From the NCBI GenBank assembly GCA_965140705.1, contig OZ223300.1:1024001-1088000 (forward strand): a stretch of DNA of 64,000 bases. The letters run 5' to 3'. Position 1 is the first letter of the stretch, and every line of letters begins with the position of its first letter. A program made the position numbers and the translations under genes. The notes beneath the pieces were generated by a model. It saw only the letters and a list, made by a program, of their open reading frames with translations, was not told the DNA's origin and did not search any database. Positions 1-8,874 of this stretch are shown one piece after another. The DNA is from an uncultured Arcobacter sp. GTDB taxonomy: Bacteria > Campylobacterota > Campylobacteria > Campylobacterales > Arcobacteraceae.

Positions 1-234
1 ACACCAGAATCTATTATTTGTGTGAATAGTGCTGTGCTTTTAACTACAGCTGATGAAGATAATGAAATTGTTGCTATTTTGAAAAAGATAGAAGAAAAAG
101 GCGTTAAAATTTACTCTTGTGGAACTTGTCTTGATTATTATAATAAGAGAGATGATTTAAAAGTTGGAGTTGCTGGAAATGCAATGGATACTGTAAAATC
201 TCTTCTAAGTGAAAATATAGTCTCTTTTAATTAA
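1..234 (+). CDS. yedF: Selenium metabolism protein YedF-like (DsrE-fold C-terminal part), 5' end outside window
   Basis: Frame open from base 1 (TPESIICVNSAV...); NSAVLLT and SCGTCLDYY..L.VG..GN motifs typical of YedF; next to sel genes. Confidence 0.75.
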   Translation, partial: TPESIICVNSAVLLTTADEDNEIVAILKKIEEKGVKIYSCGTCLDYYNKRDDLKVGVAGNAMDTVKSLLSENIVSFN

Positions 235-237
235 TTC

Positions 238-265
238 AATCAACAGAGATTTTTCTCTGTTGATT
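238..265. terminator. Bidirectional intrinsic terminator between convergent genes
   Basis: AATCAACAGAGA-TTTT-TCTCTGTTGATT perfect 12-bp stem. Confidence 0.75.
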
Positions 266-269
266 AAAA

Positions 270-1031
270 TTATATTTCTTGATAAATCTCATATCCACAA
301 AGAGCCGCACCAATTGCTCCTGTTAGTTGGGGATATTTAGATGGAATAATAGTTTTATCCAATTTTTCAGATAATAAATTTACTAAGAAAGTATCTAAAG
401 CACCTCCACCTGTAAAGAGTATAATCTCACTTTTACAAGCAAATTTACTAGCCATAGATGCAAGTCTTGAGGCTATTGATTCATGTACTGCATAACAAAT
501 ATTTGAAGCACTCTCTCTTTTTGCAATTAACGAAACTACTTCAGATTCTGCAAAAACAGCACACATACTAGAAATAGATAATTTTTTATTAGCATCAAAT
601 CCAATTTTTGAAAATTCATCTAGATTTAGACCCATTCTATTTGCAGCTATTTCTAAAAACTTACCAGTTCCAGCAGCACATTTATCATTCATCTTAAAAT
701 CTACAAAACCTCCACTTTTATCTAGAAGTATTACCTTACTATCTTGTCCTCCCAAATCAATAACCATTTGGGCATTATTATCAAAAAAGTATGCACCTTT
801 TGCATGTGCTTTTATTTCACTTATTACAGGACATGAGAATGTTTCTTCTATCATATTTCTACCATATCCTGTGGAAACTAACATTTTTATACTTTTATCT
901 TTTAGATATTTTTTTACTATTTCATCTTGATTTACAATAGTTGGAATAACACTCATATCAACTAACTCTTTTTTTTCATTGATTCCACATATTTTGGTAT
1001 ATGTGGAACCAACATCAACTCCCCAATACAT
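270..1031 (-). CDS. ATP-dependent [4Fe-4S] activator/reductase (HgdC/BadF ASKHA family; DCCP-R-like)
   Basis: GVDVGSTYTK, STGYGR, IDLGGQDSK, MNDKCAAGTG, SSMCAVFAESE motifs. Confidence 0.9.
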   Translation of the reverse strand: MYWGVDVGSTYTKICGINEKKELVDMSVIPTIVNQDEIVKKYLKDKSIKMLVSTGYGRNMIEETFSCPVISEIKAHAKGAYFFDNNAQMVIDLGGQDSKVILLDKSGGFVDFKMNDKCAAGTGKFLEIAANRMGLNLDEFSKIGFDANKKLSISSMCAVFAESEVVSLIAKRESASNICYAVHESIASRLASMASKFACKSEIILFTGGGALDTFLVNLLSEKLDKTIIPSKYPQLTGAIGAALCGYEIYQEI

Positions 1032-2353
1032 TAGCTTTTTGGTTTTAATTTAGTTGCTTTTTTCTTAAAAGAGATACTTTCTAAGAAAGCTTCAACTCTT
1101 GTTTTTATTTGTCCTGCATCTTCAGGAGAATAATCTGATTCTATTACTAAACAAGGAATTTCAGCTGCTTCTAAAGCTTCTGTTACTAGGAAAGACTCTA
1201 CATTGTAAGTATGACAAAAAGATAGTGTGTAATATATAACTCCATCGGCTTTTCTATCTTTGTACATTTTTAAGATTTTGTCAATTCTTGGTGTATTTGG
1301 AGTAAAACAAGCACAATCAACTTCACTATATCTTTTCATTAGTTCACTCATCAAATCATCTTCATTTTTGATATTATCAATATCAACATTATCTTTATAA
1401 TATCTATGTCCAATACATGATTCTTCATTTATAATAGCACCACCTGAACTCTCAACAGCAGTATGAAGTTTCCAATTTGGTGGAGCAATAGGAGTTCCTA
1501 AAACCATAAGTCTTGGAGTATCTTTTTCAAATACGGAAATTTTATCTTCCACTCTTTTTTCTAATTCATCACATAGTTCATTAACTTTTTGTGTATATCT
1601 TTTTGGATCATCTAAAAATCCCATTTGAGTCACAAATAGTGCATCTTTCCCCGTTATTGGCATAACTTCTGGATTTAATCCTCTTAAAGAATCAAGTCTT
1701 TGAAGTGCTTTTCTTTTTTCATTTATGATTCTTGTTCCTTCTAACATCTCTTCAAGACTTAGTTTTCCACCAGTTACTTCTTCAATATGTTCTTTAAATT
1801 CTACTATCTCTTCTTTCCACATTTTTAAATCTTTATCTCTTTTCATATGTGGAATATTCATAACATGGACTGGATGATGTTTATTTAGTATTTCCCATGT
1901 TTTTTTCTTAGCTTCACAGGTTGTTTCACCATAAATAAAATCGGCAGATTGAGTATATGCACAGGTTCTTTGGAGTTTAAAACCATGGGCTGATTTAATT
2001 AAAGGACAGATATTTCTAGGAAGTTCAGTTTCAGCATCTGCTATTGTTGCAGGGCTTCCACCACATAAACCAAAACATGCACCACCAGCTCCTACAATAA
2101 TCTCTTCTGGTACAAAAATACAAAAAGTACCAACAGCTGGTTTTTTTTGCTTTCTAAGTTCGTTGATTTCAGCAATTCTTTGACCTTGAATTTCACTCAT
2201 AAACCAATCAAAGTATTTCATACCCTCTGGTCTATTTTTTTGAGACATAAATTGAGCCTTATAAGATTCAAGTCCCATATTCATCATTTTTGCATGTCTA
2301 TCAACATCAACATCAATTTCTGAAAGTAATTTTCTGTGTTCTTCTACACTCAT
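1031..2353 (-). CDS. Double-cubane cluster protein-like reductase (2-hydroxyacyl-CoA dehydratase HgdAB superfamily, single subunit)
   Basis: GTFCIFVPEE, LPRNICPLIKS, GETTCEAKKK, EESC, CACFTPN, FCHTY, IESDYS..D.GQ.KTRVEAF; start overlaps with activator gene. Confidence 0.8.
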   Translation of the reverse strand: MSVEEHRKLLSEIDVDVDRHAKMMNMGLESYKAQFMSQKNRPEGMKYFDWFMSEIQGQRIAEINELRKQKKPAVGTFCIFVPEEIIVGAGGACFGLCGGSPATIADAETELPRNICPLIKSAHGFKLQRTCAYTQSADFIYGETTCEAKKKTWEILNKHHPVHVMNIPHMKRDKDLKMWKEEIVEFKEHIEEVTGGKLSLEEMLEGTRIINEKRKALQRLDSLRGLNPEVMPITGKDALFVTQMGFLDDPKRYTQKVNELCDELEKRVEDKISVFEKDTPRLMVLGTPIAPPNWKLHTAVESSGGAIINEESCIGHRYYKDNVDIDNIKNEDDLMSELMKRYSEVDCACFTPNTPRIDKILKMYKDRKADGVIYYTLSFCHTYNVESFLVTEALEAAEIPCLVIESDYSPEDAGQIKTRVEAFLESISFKKKATKLKPKS

Positions 2354-2615
2354 AATTTTTCCTTGTATTATAATTATTTTTTATACATGAAAAAAAAGAA
2401 AATATTATAGATAAGCTTTTAAATCATGTATGTCTAAGCCTTAGACCATAAAAAGCTAAAAATTTAAGATAATTTATAAGCTTAAATTTTACTTATTAAA
2501 TAAAACTATATTCCACTTTTAATAAACAAATGCTTAAAAAGTAAAAATTACTTTACTATATGTTAAATCTATATTTAACTAAAAAAAGATATAATCACTC
2601 TAATTAATTTGCATT

Positions 2616-2632
2616 AACTCATGGGTTGAGTT
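2616..2632 (+). promoter_or_regulatory. SECIS-like hairpin in the selD 5' leader
   Basis: AACTCA-TGGGT-TGAGTT downstream of TATAAT (2590-2595); loop resembles the CGGGT loop of the selD SECIS. Confidence 0.45.
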
Positions 2633-2698
2633 TACATAAAATGTGATACTCTCTATTTGATATAAACTAATCCACAAAATGCATTTACAAGGGAAATA

Positions 2699-3733
2699 AT
2701 GAACAACAAATATAAATTAACAAAATTTGTTCAAGCTGCTGGTTGAGCTGCAAAGATGGGTCCGGGTGATCTTAAACAGTCTCTTTGTAGTCTTAGACCG
2801 ACAGATGAAAAAGTTTTAGTAAGTTTTGAAAATAGTGAAGATGCTTGTGTTTACCAAATAAGTGAAGATAATGCTTTAGTTCAAACACTTGACTTTATTA
2901 CTCCAGTTGTTGATGATCCCTATATTTACGGGAAAATTGCTGCTGCAAATTCACTTAGTGATATTTTTGCTATGGGTGCTGAAGTAAAAACTGCTATGAA
3001 TATAGTTGGTTTTGATGCAAAAAATCATGGTAGAGAAGTATTAGCAGAAATTTTAAATGGTGGAAATGAAAAAATAAAAGAGTGTGGTGGAGTTCTGATG
3101 GGTGGACACACTATTGAGAGCCCTGAAATGTATTATGGATTATCAGTAACAGGTATGATTCATCCAAATAATATATATAGAAACAATACAGCCAAAATAG
3201 GACATGTATTGGTTCTTACCAAACCAATAGGAATGGGTATTTTAACCACAGCTATAAAAAGAGATTTATTAAGTGATGAAACAACAAGAGAAGCAATAAA
3301 AATAATGGAGACATTAAATTATTTGTCATCAAAAATATTAAGACAATATGATGTGAGCTCTTGTACAGATATTACTGGATTTGGTCTTATTGGACATGCT
3401 TTTGAATCAACAAATCCTACAACTACATTTGCGATACATTGTGGTGAAGTTCCTGTTATGAAAGATGCTTATGAATTAGCTGAACAAGGTGTGGTTCCAG
3501 GTGGAACAAAAAGAAATCTAAAATATCTAGAAGATAAGATGACTGTAATGTGTGCAGATAGTGCTTGTAAACTTATGTATTGTGATGCCCAAACTTCAGG
3601 TGGCTTATTAGTTGCTATGGATAAAGATGATGCAAAAGAGTATATAAAAAAAGTAGAAGAGTTAACTTATGGTTATGCTGCAATTATAGGGGAAGTTATT
3701 CCAAGGGGAGTTACACCAATTATGATTTATTAA
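2699..3733 (+). CDS. selD: Selenide, water dikinase (selenoprotein, Sec16 encoded by TGA 2744-2746)
   Basis: ATG 2699 after AAGGGA; MNNKYKLTKFVQAAG-U-AAKMGPGDL in frame with the 2756 ORF; EDA, QTLDF, GGHT, TDITGFGL.GH, DAQTSGGLL motifs. Confidence 0.95.
2747..2791 (+). promoter_or_regulatory. Bacterial SECIS element of selD
   Basis: Lower stem GCTGCAAAGA/TCTTTGTAGT directly after TGA; upper stem GGGTC/GATCT; apical loop CGGGT starts 16 nt after TGA. Confidence 0.75.
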
Positions 3734-3734
3734 T

Positions 3735-3834
3735 TGGCGAGAAGATGAAGGAATCGAACCTCCCACGGCGTATTACACATAAACCGTCAATCAGGGTTGA
3801 AGCCTGTGGTGCCCACCAGGTACACTTATCTCCC
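3735..3834 (-). tRNA. selC: tRNA-Sec (anticodon UCA)
   Basis: Minus strand: CAGG-CTTCAAC-CCTG anticodon arm, long variable arm, GGAGG-TTCGATT-CCTTC T arm, G discriminator plus CCA; lies between selD and selA. Confidence 0.95.
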
Positions 3835-3889
3835 AAGTAAGAGGAAAATCTTACATTAAATATTTTTAAAACCATCTGAAAGGGTCAAA

Positions 3890-5236
3890 ATGAGTTTACT
3901 CAAGTCTATTCCAAAAATTGATAAATTTGTATCAAAGAAGAGCTTTGATGGATATTCAATTAACTTAATTACTAAAATATCTCAAGTAGTAATTGAGAAC
4001 TTGAGAATTGAAATACTTCAAAATAATATTAATGAAATAAATGAAGATAAATTAGTAGAAGAAGTTCTTGAAACATATAAAGAGTTAGTAGCTCCTTCTT
4101 TACAAAAAGTTATAAATGCTACAGGAATAATAGTACATACAAATTTAGGTAGAAGTTTACTTAGCAAACAAAGTTTAGAAAAAGCTATAGATATAGCAAC
4201 TTCATATAATAATTTAGAATATGATTTACAAAAAGGTCATAGGGGTGAGAGATATGCTCATATAGTAAAAACACTACAAGCCTTAACTGGATGTGAAGAT
4301 GCAATAGTTGTAAATAATAATGCAAGTGCAGTTTTTCTTGTCATGAATACTTTTGCAAAAAATAAAGAAGTAGTTGTAAGTAGAGGAGAACTTGTAGAAA
4401 TAGGGGGAAGTTTTAGGGTTCCAGAAGTAATGGCTCAAAGTGGGGCAATTTTAAAAGAGATAGGAACTACAAATAAAACTCACCTAAGAGATTATGAAAA
4501 TGCTATCAATGAAAATACTTCTATACTTATGAAAGTACATAAATCTAACTATACTATTGAAGGTTTTTCTAGTGATGTTGAGTTTGAAGATATAGTAAAA
4601 GTAGCTTCACAAAATGATGTAATAGATTATTATGATATGGGAAGTGGGCATATGATTGATTTGCCTTTTAAAACTTCAAGTTCTGAACCATCTATTTTAA
4701 AAATTATGGAATACAATCCTTCTCTTTTAAGTTTTTCAGGAGATAAACTTTTAGGAAGTGTACAAGCAGGGATAATCATCGGTAAAAAAGAGTTAATAGC
4801 AAAAATAAAAAAGAATCAACTTTTAAGAATGTTGAGGGTTGATAAAATAACTTTAGCAATACTTGAAGATACACTAAATTCATATTTAACAAATAATTTA
4901 GAAAATATTCCTACATTAAATATGTTATATACTAAAGTAGAGGTTTTAGAACAAAGAGCAAATAGATTAAAAAATCTAATAGATAATATTTGTAAATGTG
5001 AAGTAATAAAAAATCAAACACTTATAGGCGGAGGGACAACTCCAAATAAAAAGATACCAACTATTGCATTAACATTGGAATATAAAGATTTTAAACCAAA
5101 TAAAATAGAACAACTTTTGAGAAAAAATAATTTAATCGCTAGAATAGAAAATGAAAAAGTATTGTTGGACTTTAGAACTATTCAAGAAAATGAGATAGAA
5201 CAAATAGAAAGTATAATAAAAAAGGTATTTAATTAA
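3890..5236 (+). CDS. selA: L-seryl-tRNA(Sec) selenium transferase
   Basis: INATGIIVHTNLGRS, VNNNASAV, SRGELVEIGGSFR, FSGDKLLG PLP motif. Confidence 0.97.
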   Translation: MSLLKSIPKIDKFVSKKSFDGYSINLITKISQVVIENLRIEILQNNINEINEDKLVEEVLETYKELVAPSLQKVINATGIIVHTNLGRSLLSKQSLEKAIDIATSYNNLEYDLQKGHRGERYAHIVKTLQALTGCEDAIVVNNNASAVFLVMNTFAKNKEVVVSRGELVEIGGSFRVPEVMAQSGAILKEIGTTNKTHLRDYENAINENTSILMKVHKSNYTIEGFSSDVEFEDIVKVASQNDVIDYYDMGSGHMIDLPFKTSSSEPSILKIMEYNPSLLSFSGDKLLGSVQAGIIIGKKELIAKIKKNQLLRMLRVDKITLAILEDTLNSYLTNNLENIPTLNMLYTKVEVLEQRANRLKNLIDNICKCEVIKNQTLIGGGTTPNKKIPTIALTLEYKDFKPNKIEQLLRKNNLIARIENEKVLLDFRTIQENEIEQIESIIKKVFN

Positions 5237-7065
5237 TGTCAAATATTATTATAGGAACAGCAGGACATATTGATCATGGTAAAACAGCTTTAATAAAAGC
5301 TTTAAATGGGTTTGAGGGTGATGATACAAATGAGGAAAAACAAAGAGGAATTACTATTGATTTATCCTTTTCAAATCTAACAAGAGGACAACAAAATATA
5401 GCATTTATAGATGTACCAGGACATGAAAAGTTAGTTAAAAACATGATTGCTGGAGCTTTTGGGTTTGATTATGTTATGTTAGTAGTAAGTGCTGCTGAGG
5501 GAATAAAACCCCAAACTGTAGAACATATAGAAATTATAAATTTGTTGGGACTTAAAGATTTAATAGTAGTTCTTACAAAAAAAGATTTAGTAAGCCCTGA
5601 AGAGTTAGCTTTGAAAAAAGAACAGATATTGATGTTCTTGGGGACTTTTAATTTTGAGATAAAATTTGTAAGTGAAGTTTCAATATATGATGAAAGCTCA
5701 ATTGAAAAGCTAAAAAATCAACTTTTTACCATAAATAACAGTACTAAGCAAGAAGAAAATTTCTTTAGATTTTATGTTGATAGGGTCTTTTCACCTAAAG
5801 GTATTGGTACAGTTGTAACAGGAACTGTATTAGGGAAAAAAGTAGAACTCAATGAAAAAGTATTTATCTCTCAAATTCAAAAAGAGACAAAACTTAAAAA
5901 TATCCAAGTACATAATCAAAATGTTCTAGAAGCAAATATATCAAATAGGGCAGCCCTAAATTTACAAAATGTAGATGTAAAAAGTATAATTAGAGGTGAT
6001 TTGATTACTAAAAGGGGTTATGTTAGGGGATTTGATGGAGTTGACATCTCTTTTTCTTGTCTAAAAGATAAAAGTCTTTTACACAATAAAGCATATTCTC
6101 TTTTCATAGGTGCAAAAAAAGTGGAAGTAAAAGTTTTACTTTTTGATTCAATAGATTCACTTGAAGAGGGCTTTGCTACACTAAAAGCAACAGAAAAACT
6201 ATATACAGTTTTTGGTGAGAAAATTATTTTAAGAAATGGCAATGAAACTATATGTGGTGGAAAAGTACTAAATCCAGTAATTGACCCAATGAAAAAAAAT
6301 CAAAAAAGGAAACTTTTAGAGGCTTTAGAAAAAAATGATTTTGTAAGTGCTTATTATGAACTTTTAAGTGCTCATAGAAAAGGTCTTGGAATAATCTCTT
6401 CAACTCAAAGATTTGCACTAAGTCATAGTGAAGCCTTAGAGTTTGCAAAAAAACTTGATGAGGTCTTTGTGGATGAGAAAGATTTAATTATCTATCCAAA
6501 CTCTACCAAAGATGAGTTAAAAGATTATATAAAAAATATATATAAAAAGAATGCTTACGCCATGCTTTCTAATGCTTCAATTTCATTAAGAGTAAAATGG
6601 GCAAGTACGATGTTTATAGATTCTGTTTTAGATGAATTAGAAGAAGAAAACTTTTTAATAAAAGAGGGTAGTTTATATAAAAATGCACATATTAAAGAGG
6701 ACTTTTCAAAAGATTTAGAAGAAATAGTCTTAAATAGATTAAAAGAAGAAGATATAGCTCCAACAGCTCCTTATAATATTTATGATGATTTGGATATTGA
6801 TAGAAAACTAGGTGATAATATTCTAAAATCACTAACTTCAAAGAAGCAAGTAATAAGAATACAACACAACCTTTTCATACATTTTGAAAGTTTGAACAAT
6901 ATCGTAAAAGCTATGAAAAGTATCATAAAATCAGATGGATATATAGAAATCTCAAATTTCAAAGAGAGATTTGAACTTAGTAGAAAATATTTAATTGCAT
7001 ATTTAGATTATCTTGATAACTATTCAGAGATAAAAAAAATAGAAACAAAAAGAGTCTTTGCATAA
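5236..7065 (+). CDS. selB: Selenocysteine-specific elongation factor
   Basis: GTAGHIDHGKT, RGITIDL, DVPGHE; C-terminal winged-helix LSRKYLIAYLDYLD. Confidence 0.97.
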   Translation: MSNIIIGTAGHIDHGKTALIKALNGFEGDDTNEEKQRGITIDLSFSNLTRGQQNIAFIDVPGHEKLVKNMIAGAFGFDYVMLVVSAAEGIKPQTVEHIEIINLLGLKDLIVVLTKKDLVSPEELALKKEQILMFLGTFNFEIKFVSEVSIYDESSIEKLKNQLFTINNSTKQEENFFRFYVDRVFSPKGIGTVVTGTVLGKKVELNEKVFISQIQKETKLKNIQVHNQNVLEANISNRAALNLQNVDVKSIIRGDLITKRGYVRGFDGVDISFSCLKDKSLLHNKAYSLFIGAKKVEVKVLLFDSIDSLEEGFATLKATEKLYTVFGEKIILRNGNETICGGKVLNPVIDPMKKNQKRKLLEALEKNDFVSAYYELLSAHRKGLGIISSTQRFALSHSEALEFAKKLDEVFVDEKDLIIYPNSTKDELKDYIKNIYKKNAYAMLSNASISLRVKWASTMFIDSVLDELEEENFLIKEGSLYKNAHIKEDFSKDLEEIVLNRLKEEDIAPTAPYNIYDDLDIDRKLGDNILKSLTSKKQVIRIQHNLFIHFESLNNIVKAMKSIIKSDGYIEISNFKERFELSRKYLIAYLDYLDNYSEIKKIETKRVFA

Positions 7066-7683
7066 ATGACTTGTCTTTTATGCAATAGTCATGCAAAACT
7101 TTTTTATAAAAATACTCACTACAAATGTGAATGTTGTGCTGGTGTATTCAAAGCAAAAGAGTTTCACCTAATAGGTGAAGCTGAAAAAAATATTTATGAA
7201 AAACATAAAAATGACTCAAATGATATAAGATATCAAAACTTCCTCTCTCCTATTACAAACTCAGTTTTAAAAGATAAACTAAAGAGTAGCGTTGGACTTG
7301 ATTTTGGCTGTGGTAAAGATTCTGCAATTATAAAAGTACTCAAAGACAATGCTTATGAAATATATGGTTATGACTTGTTTTATTTAGATGATAAATCATT
7401 ATTGGAACAAAAATATGACTACATAACAAGTAGTGAGGTAATAGAGCATTTTCAAGAACCAAACAAAGAGTTTGCTCTTTTAAAATCACTTTTAAAAGAT
7501 AATGGCTCTTTATATCTTATGACAGATATTTATGATGAGAGTATAGATTTTGATAAGTGGTATTACAAAAATGACCCAACTCATATTTTTATGTATCAAA
7601 GAAAAACTTTTGAATGGATAAAAGGGGAGTTTGGGTTTTCTAGGGTTGAGATTGAGGGTAGGTTGATTCGGTTTTATTTGTAG
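7066..7683 (+). CDS. Class I SAM-dependent methyltransferase with N-terminal CxxC..CxxC
   Basis: GLDFGCG, EVIEHF, WYYKNDPTH; starts immediately after selB stop. Confidence 0.85.
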   Translation: MTCLLCNSHAKLFYKNTHYKCECCAGVFKAKEFHLIGEAEKNIYEKHKNDSNDIRYQNFLSPITNSVLKDKLKSSVGLDFGCGKDSAIIKVLKDNAYEIYGYDLFYLDDKSLLEQKYDYITSSEVIEHFQEPNKEFALLKSLLKDNGSLYLMTDIYDESIDFDKWYYKNDPTHIFMYQRKTFEWIKGEFGFSRVEIEGRLIRFYL

Positions 7684-7700
7684 TTTTATAATGGTTATAC

Positions 7701-8268
7701 TCTCTTGAAGAGGTAAACCTCTTCGCTCTTCTTACTTTGTATGAACAAAGTAAGCAAAATCACCAACGGCTGCGAAGCCCTTTGGGTTCCTTCACTTATT
7801 GTTTTCTCTTTTCTGTCTTGCAAAACTCATAAATAAATATGCTCCTCCCAGCATATTTATTTATTCAAACAGTTGCAAGCCTTTTCCGAAAAGATAAAAC
7901 AAACACTCAGCTTCTGTAAATGTTGGAATAAAAGGTGGGATAAGGACATTTGCATTTTTGATTTGTTTAGATACCTAACTTTTACTTACTCTAATTAATA
8001 TTAAGATAATACTGAAGAAGAAACAACGGAAGAGATTTCTTTCTGCCTTTGATGAAGCCGAGTAGTTTTAAATTTTTTTCGGAAAAAGTCGAGGACTGTT
8101 TGAATAAAAAAGAGTGATAAACTCACTCTTTTTTATGAGTTCCGCAGACTAGAAAATAAATTTAGAACTGAGAGGGTAGCTTCGCCTTCATCAATTCGGC
8201 AGTCTTTTTTGCTTACTTTTTCGAGATCAAAAAGTAAGAGAAGCGAAGACCTTTAGGTGTTCATGAGA
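7701..8268. repeat. Non-coding doublet of two inverted, diverged ~240-nt structured units (REP/REPIN/MITE-like), copy 1
   Basis: Imperfect terminal inverted repeats, nested hairpins, and a closely similar second copy at 63608-64000. Confidence 0.85.
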
Positions 8269-8371
8269 ATTAAAATAAAAGCCTAAATAAAGGCTCTTCT
8301 TTTATACAATAAACCAACATTATTTATGTCATAAATATCACTAATTTAAGGCTATTTTATATAAAATGTAA

Positions 8372-8390
8372 TATTAATAAATAGTTATAT
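8372..8390 (+). other. Left boundary of cassette array: GTTATAT core, attI-like or secondary insertion site
   Basis: GTTATAT (8384-8390) is the exact complement of attC1 R'' ATATAAC; preceded by TAATAAATA, loosely like the attI1 TAAAACAAA-GTT context. Confidence 0.55.
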
Positions 8391-8446
8391 TATAAGGATA
8401 AAGACAATGGGAAAAAAAGAATTTATATTTAAGGGTAGTTATTCAG

Positions 8447-8788
8447 ATGAATGATAAAATTAAATATTTAAAAAAATCATATATCTTAGAAATGATTATT
8501 GTCCCCTTGGTGACAGTATACATTTTAGTTTCGCCATTTATCAATGTTTCCAGTAGTCCAACATCTAATGAAATAGGAATATTGCTTATGAGTTCTATCT
8601 TTTTATTAATGACTACTTTTGCAACAGTGTTAATAGCATATTTAGCAATGAATGAATTATCGAATTATAATGAAAATAAAAAATTAGTTTTAAATATTAT
8701 TAATTTAATTTTTGTTTTGACTGGAGAAGTTTGGTTACTTGGTGTATTTCAAGCTATCTTGGTATTTTTAATTTACAAGGAAAAATAA
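8447..8788 (+). CDS. Cassette 1: small hypothetical membrane protein
   Basis: 113 aa with 3-4 hydrophobic segments; stop abuts attC1; start uncertain. Confidence 0.65.
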   Translation: MNDKIKYLKKSYILEMIIVPLVTVYILVSPFINVSSSPTSNEIGILLMSSIFLLMTTFATVLIAYLAMNELSNYNENKKLVLNIINLIFVLTGEVWLLGVFQAILVFLIYKEK

Positions 8789-8856
8789 TATAACAAATCA
8801 GAGGAGCCAATAAATTACCCTGCGGGAAATTTATTAGTTCATTTCAAACGTTAGCT
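8788..8856 (+). mobile_element. attC recombination site 1 (69 bp)
   Basis: ATATAAC-AAATC...AATAAATT-A-CCC-TGC-GGG-A-AATTTATT...GTTAGCT. Confidence 0.85.
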
Positions 8857-8874
8857 TACGAAAAGAGGAAAATT

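Noticed and set aside
2621..2665. ATG-GGT-TGA mini-ORF in the selD leader as a Sec-containing leader peptide
   Set aside because: No RBS, no SECIS at the proper distance downstream, and the frame closes at TAA 2663
7701..8268. CRISPR array or autonomous IS
   Set aside because: No regularly spaced direct repeats with unique spacers, no transposase ORF, no cas genes
8452..8457. TGA of the 8407 mini-ORF as a Sec codon
   Set aside because: Immediately followed by in-frame TAA
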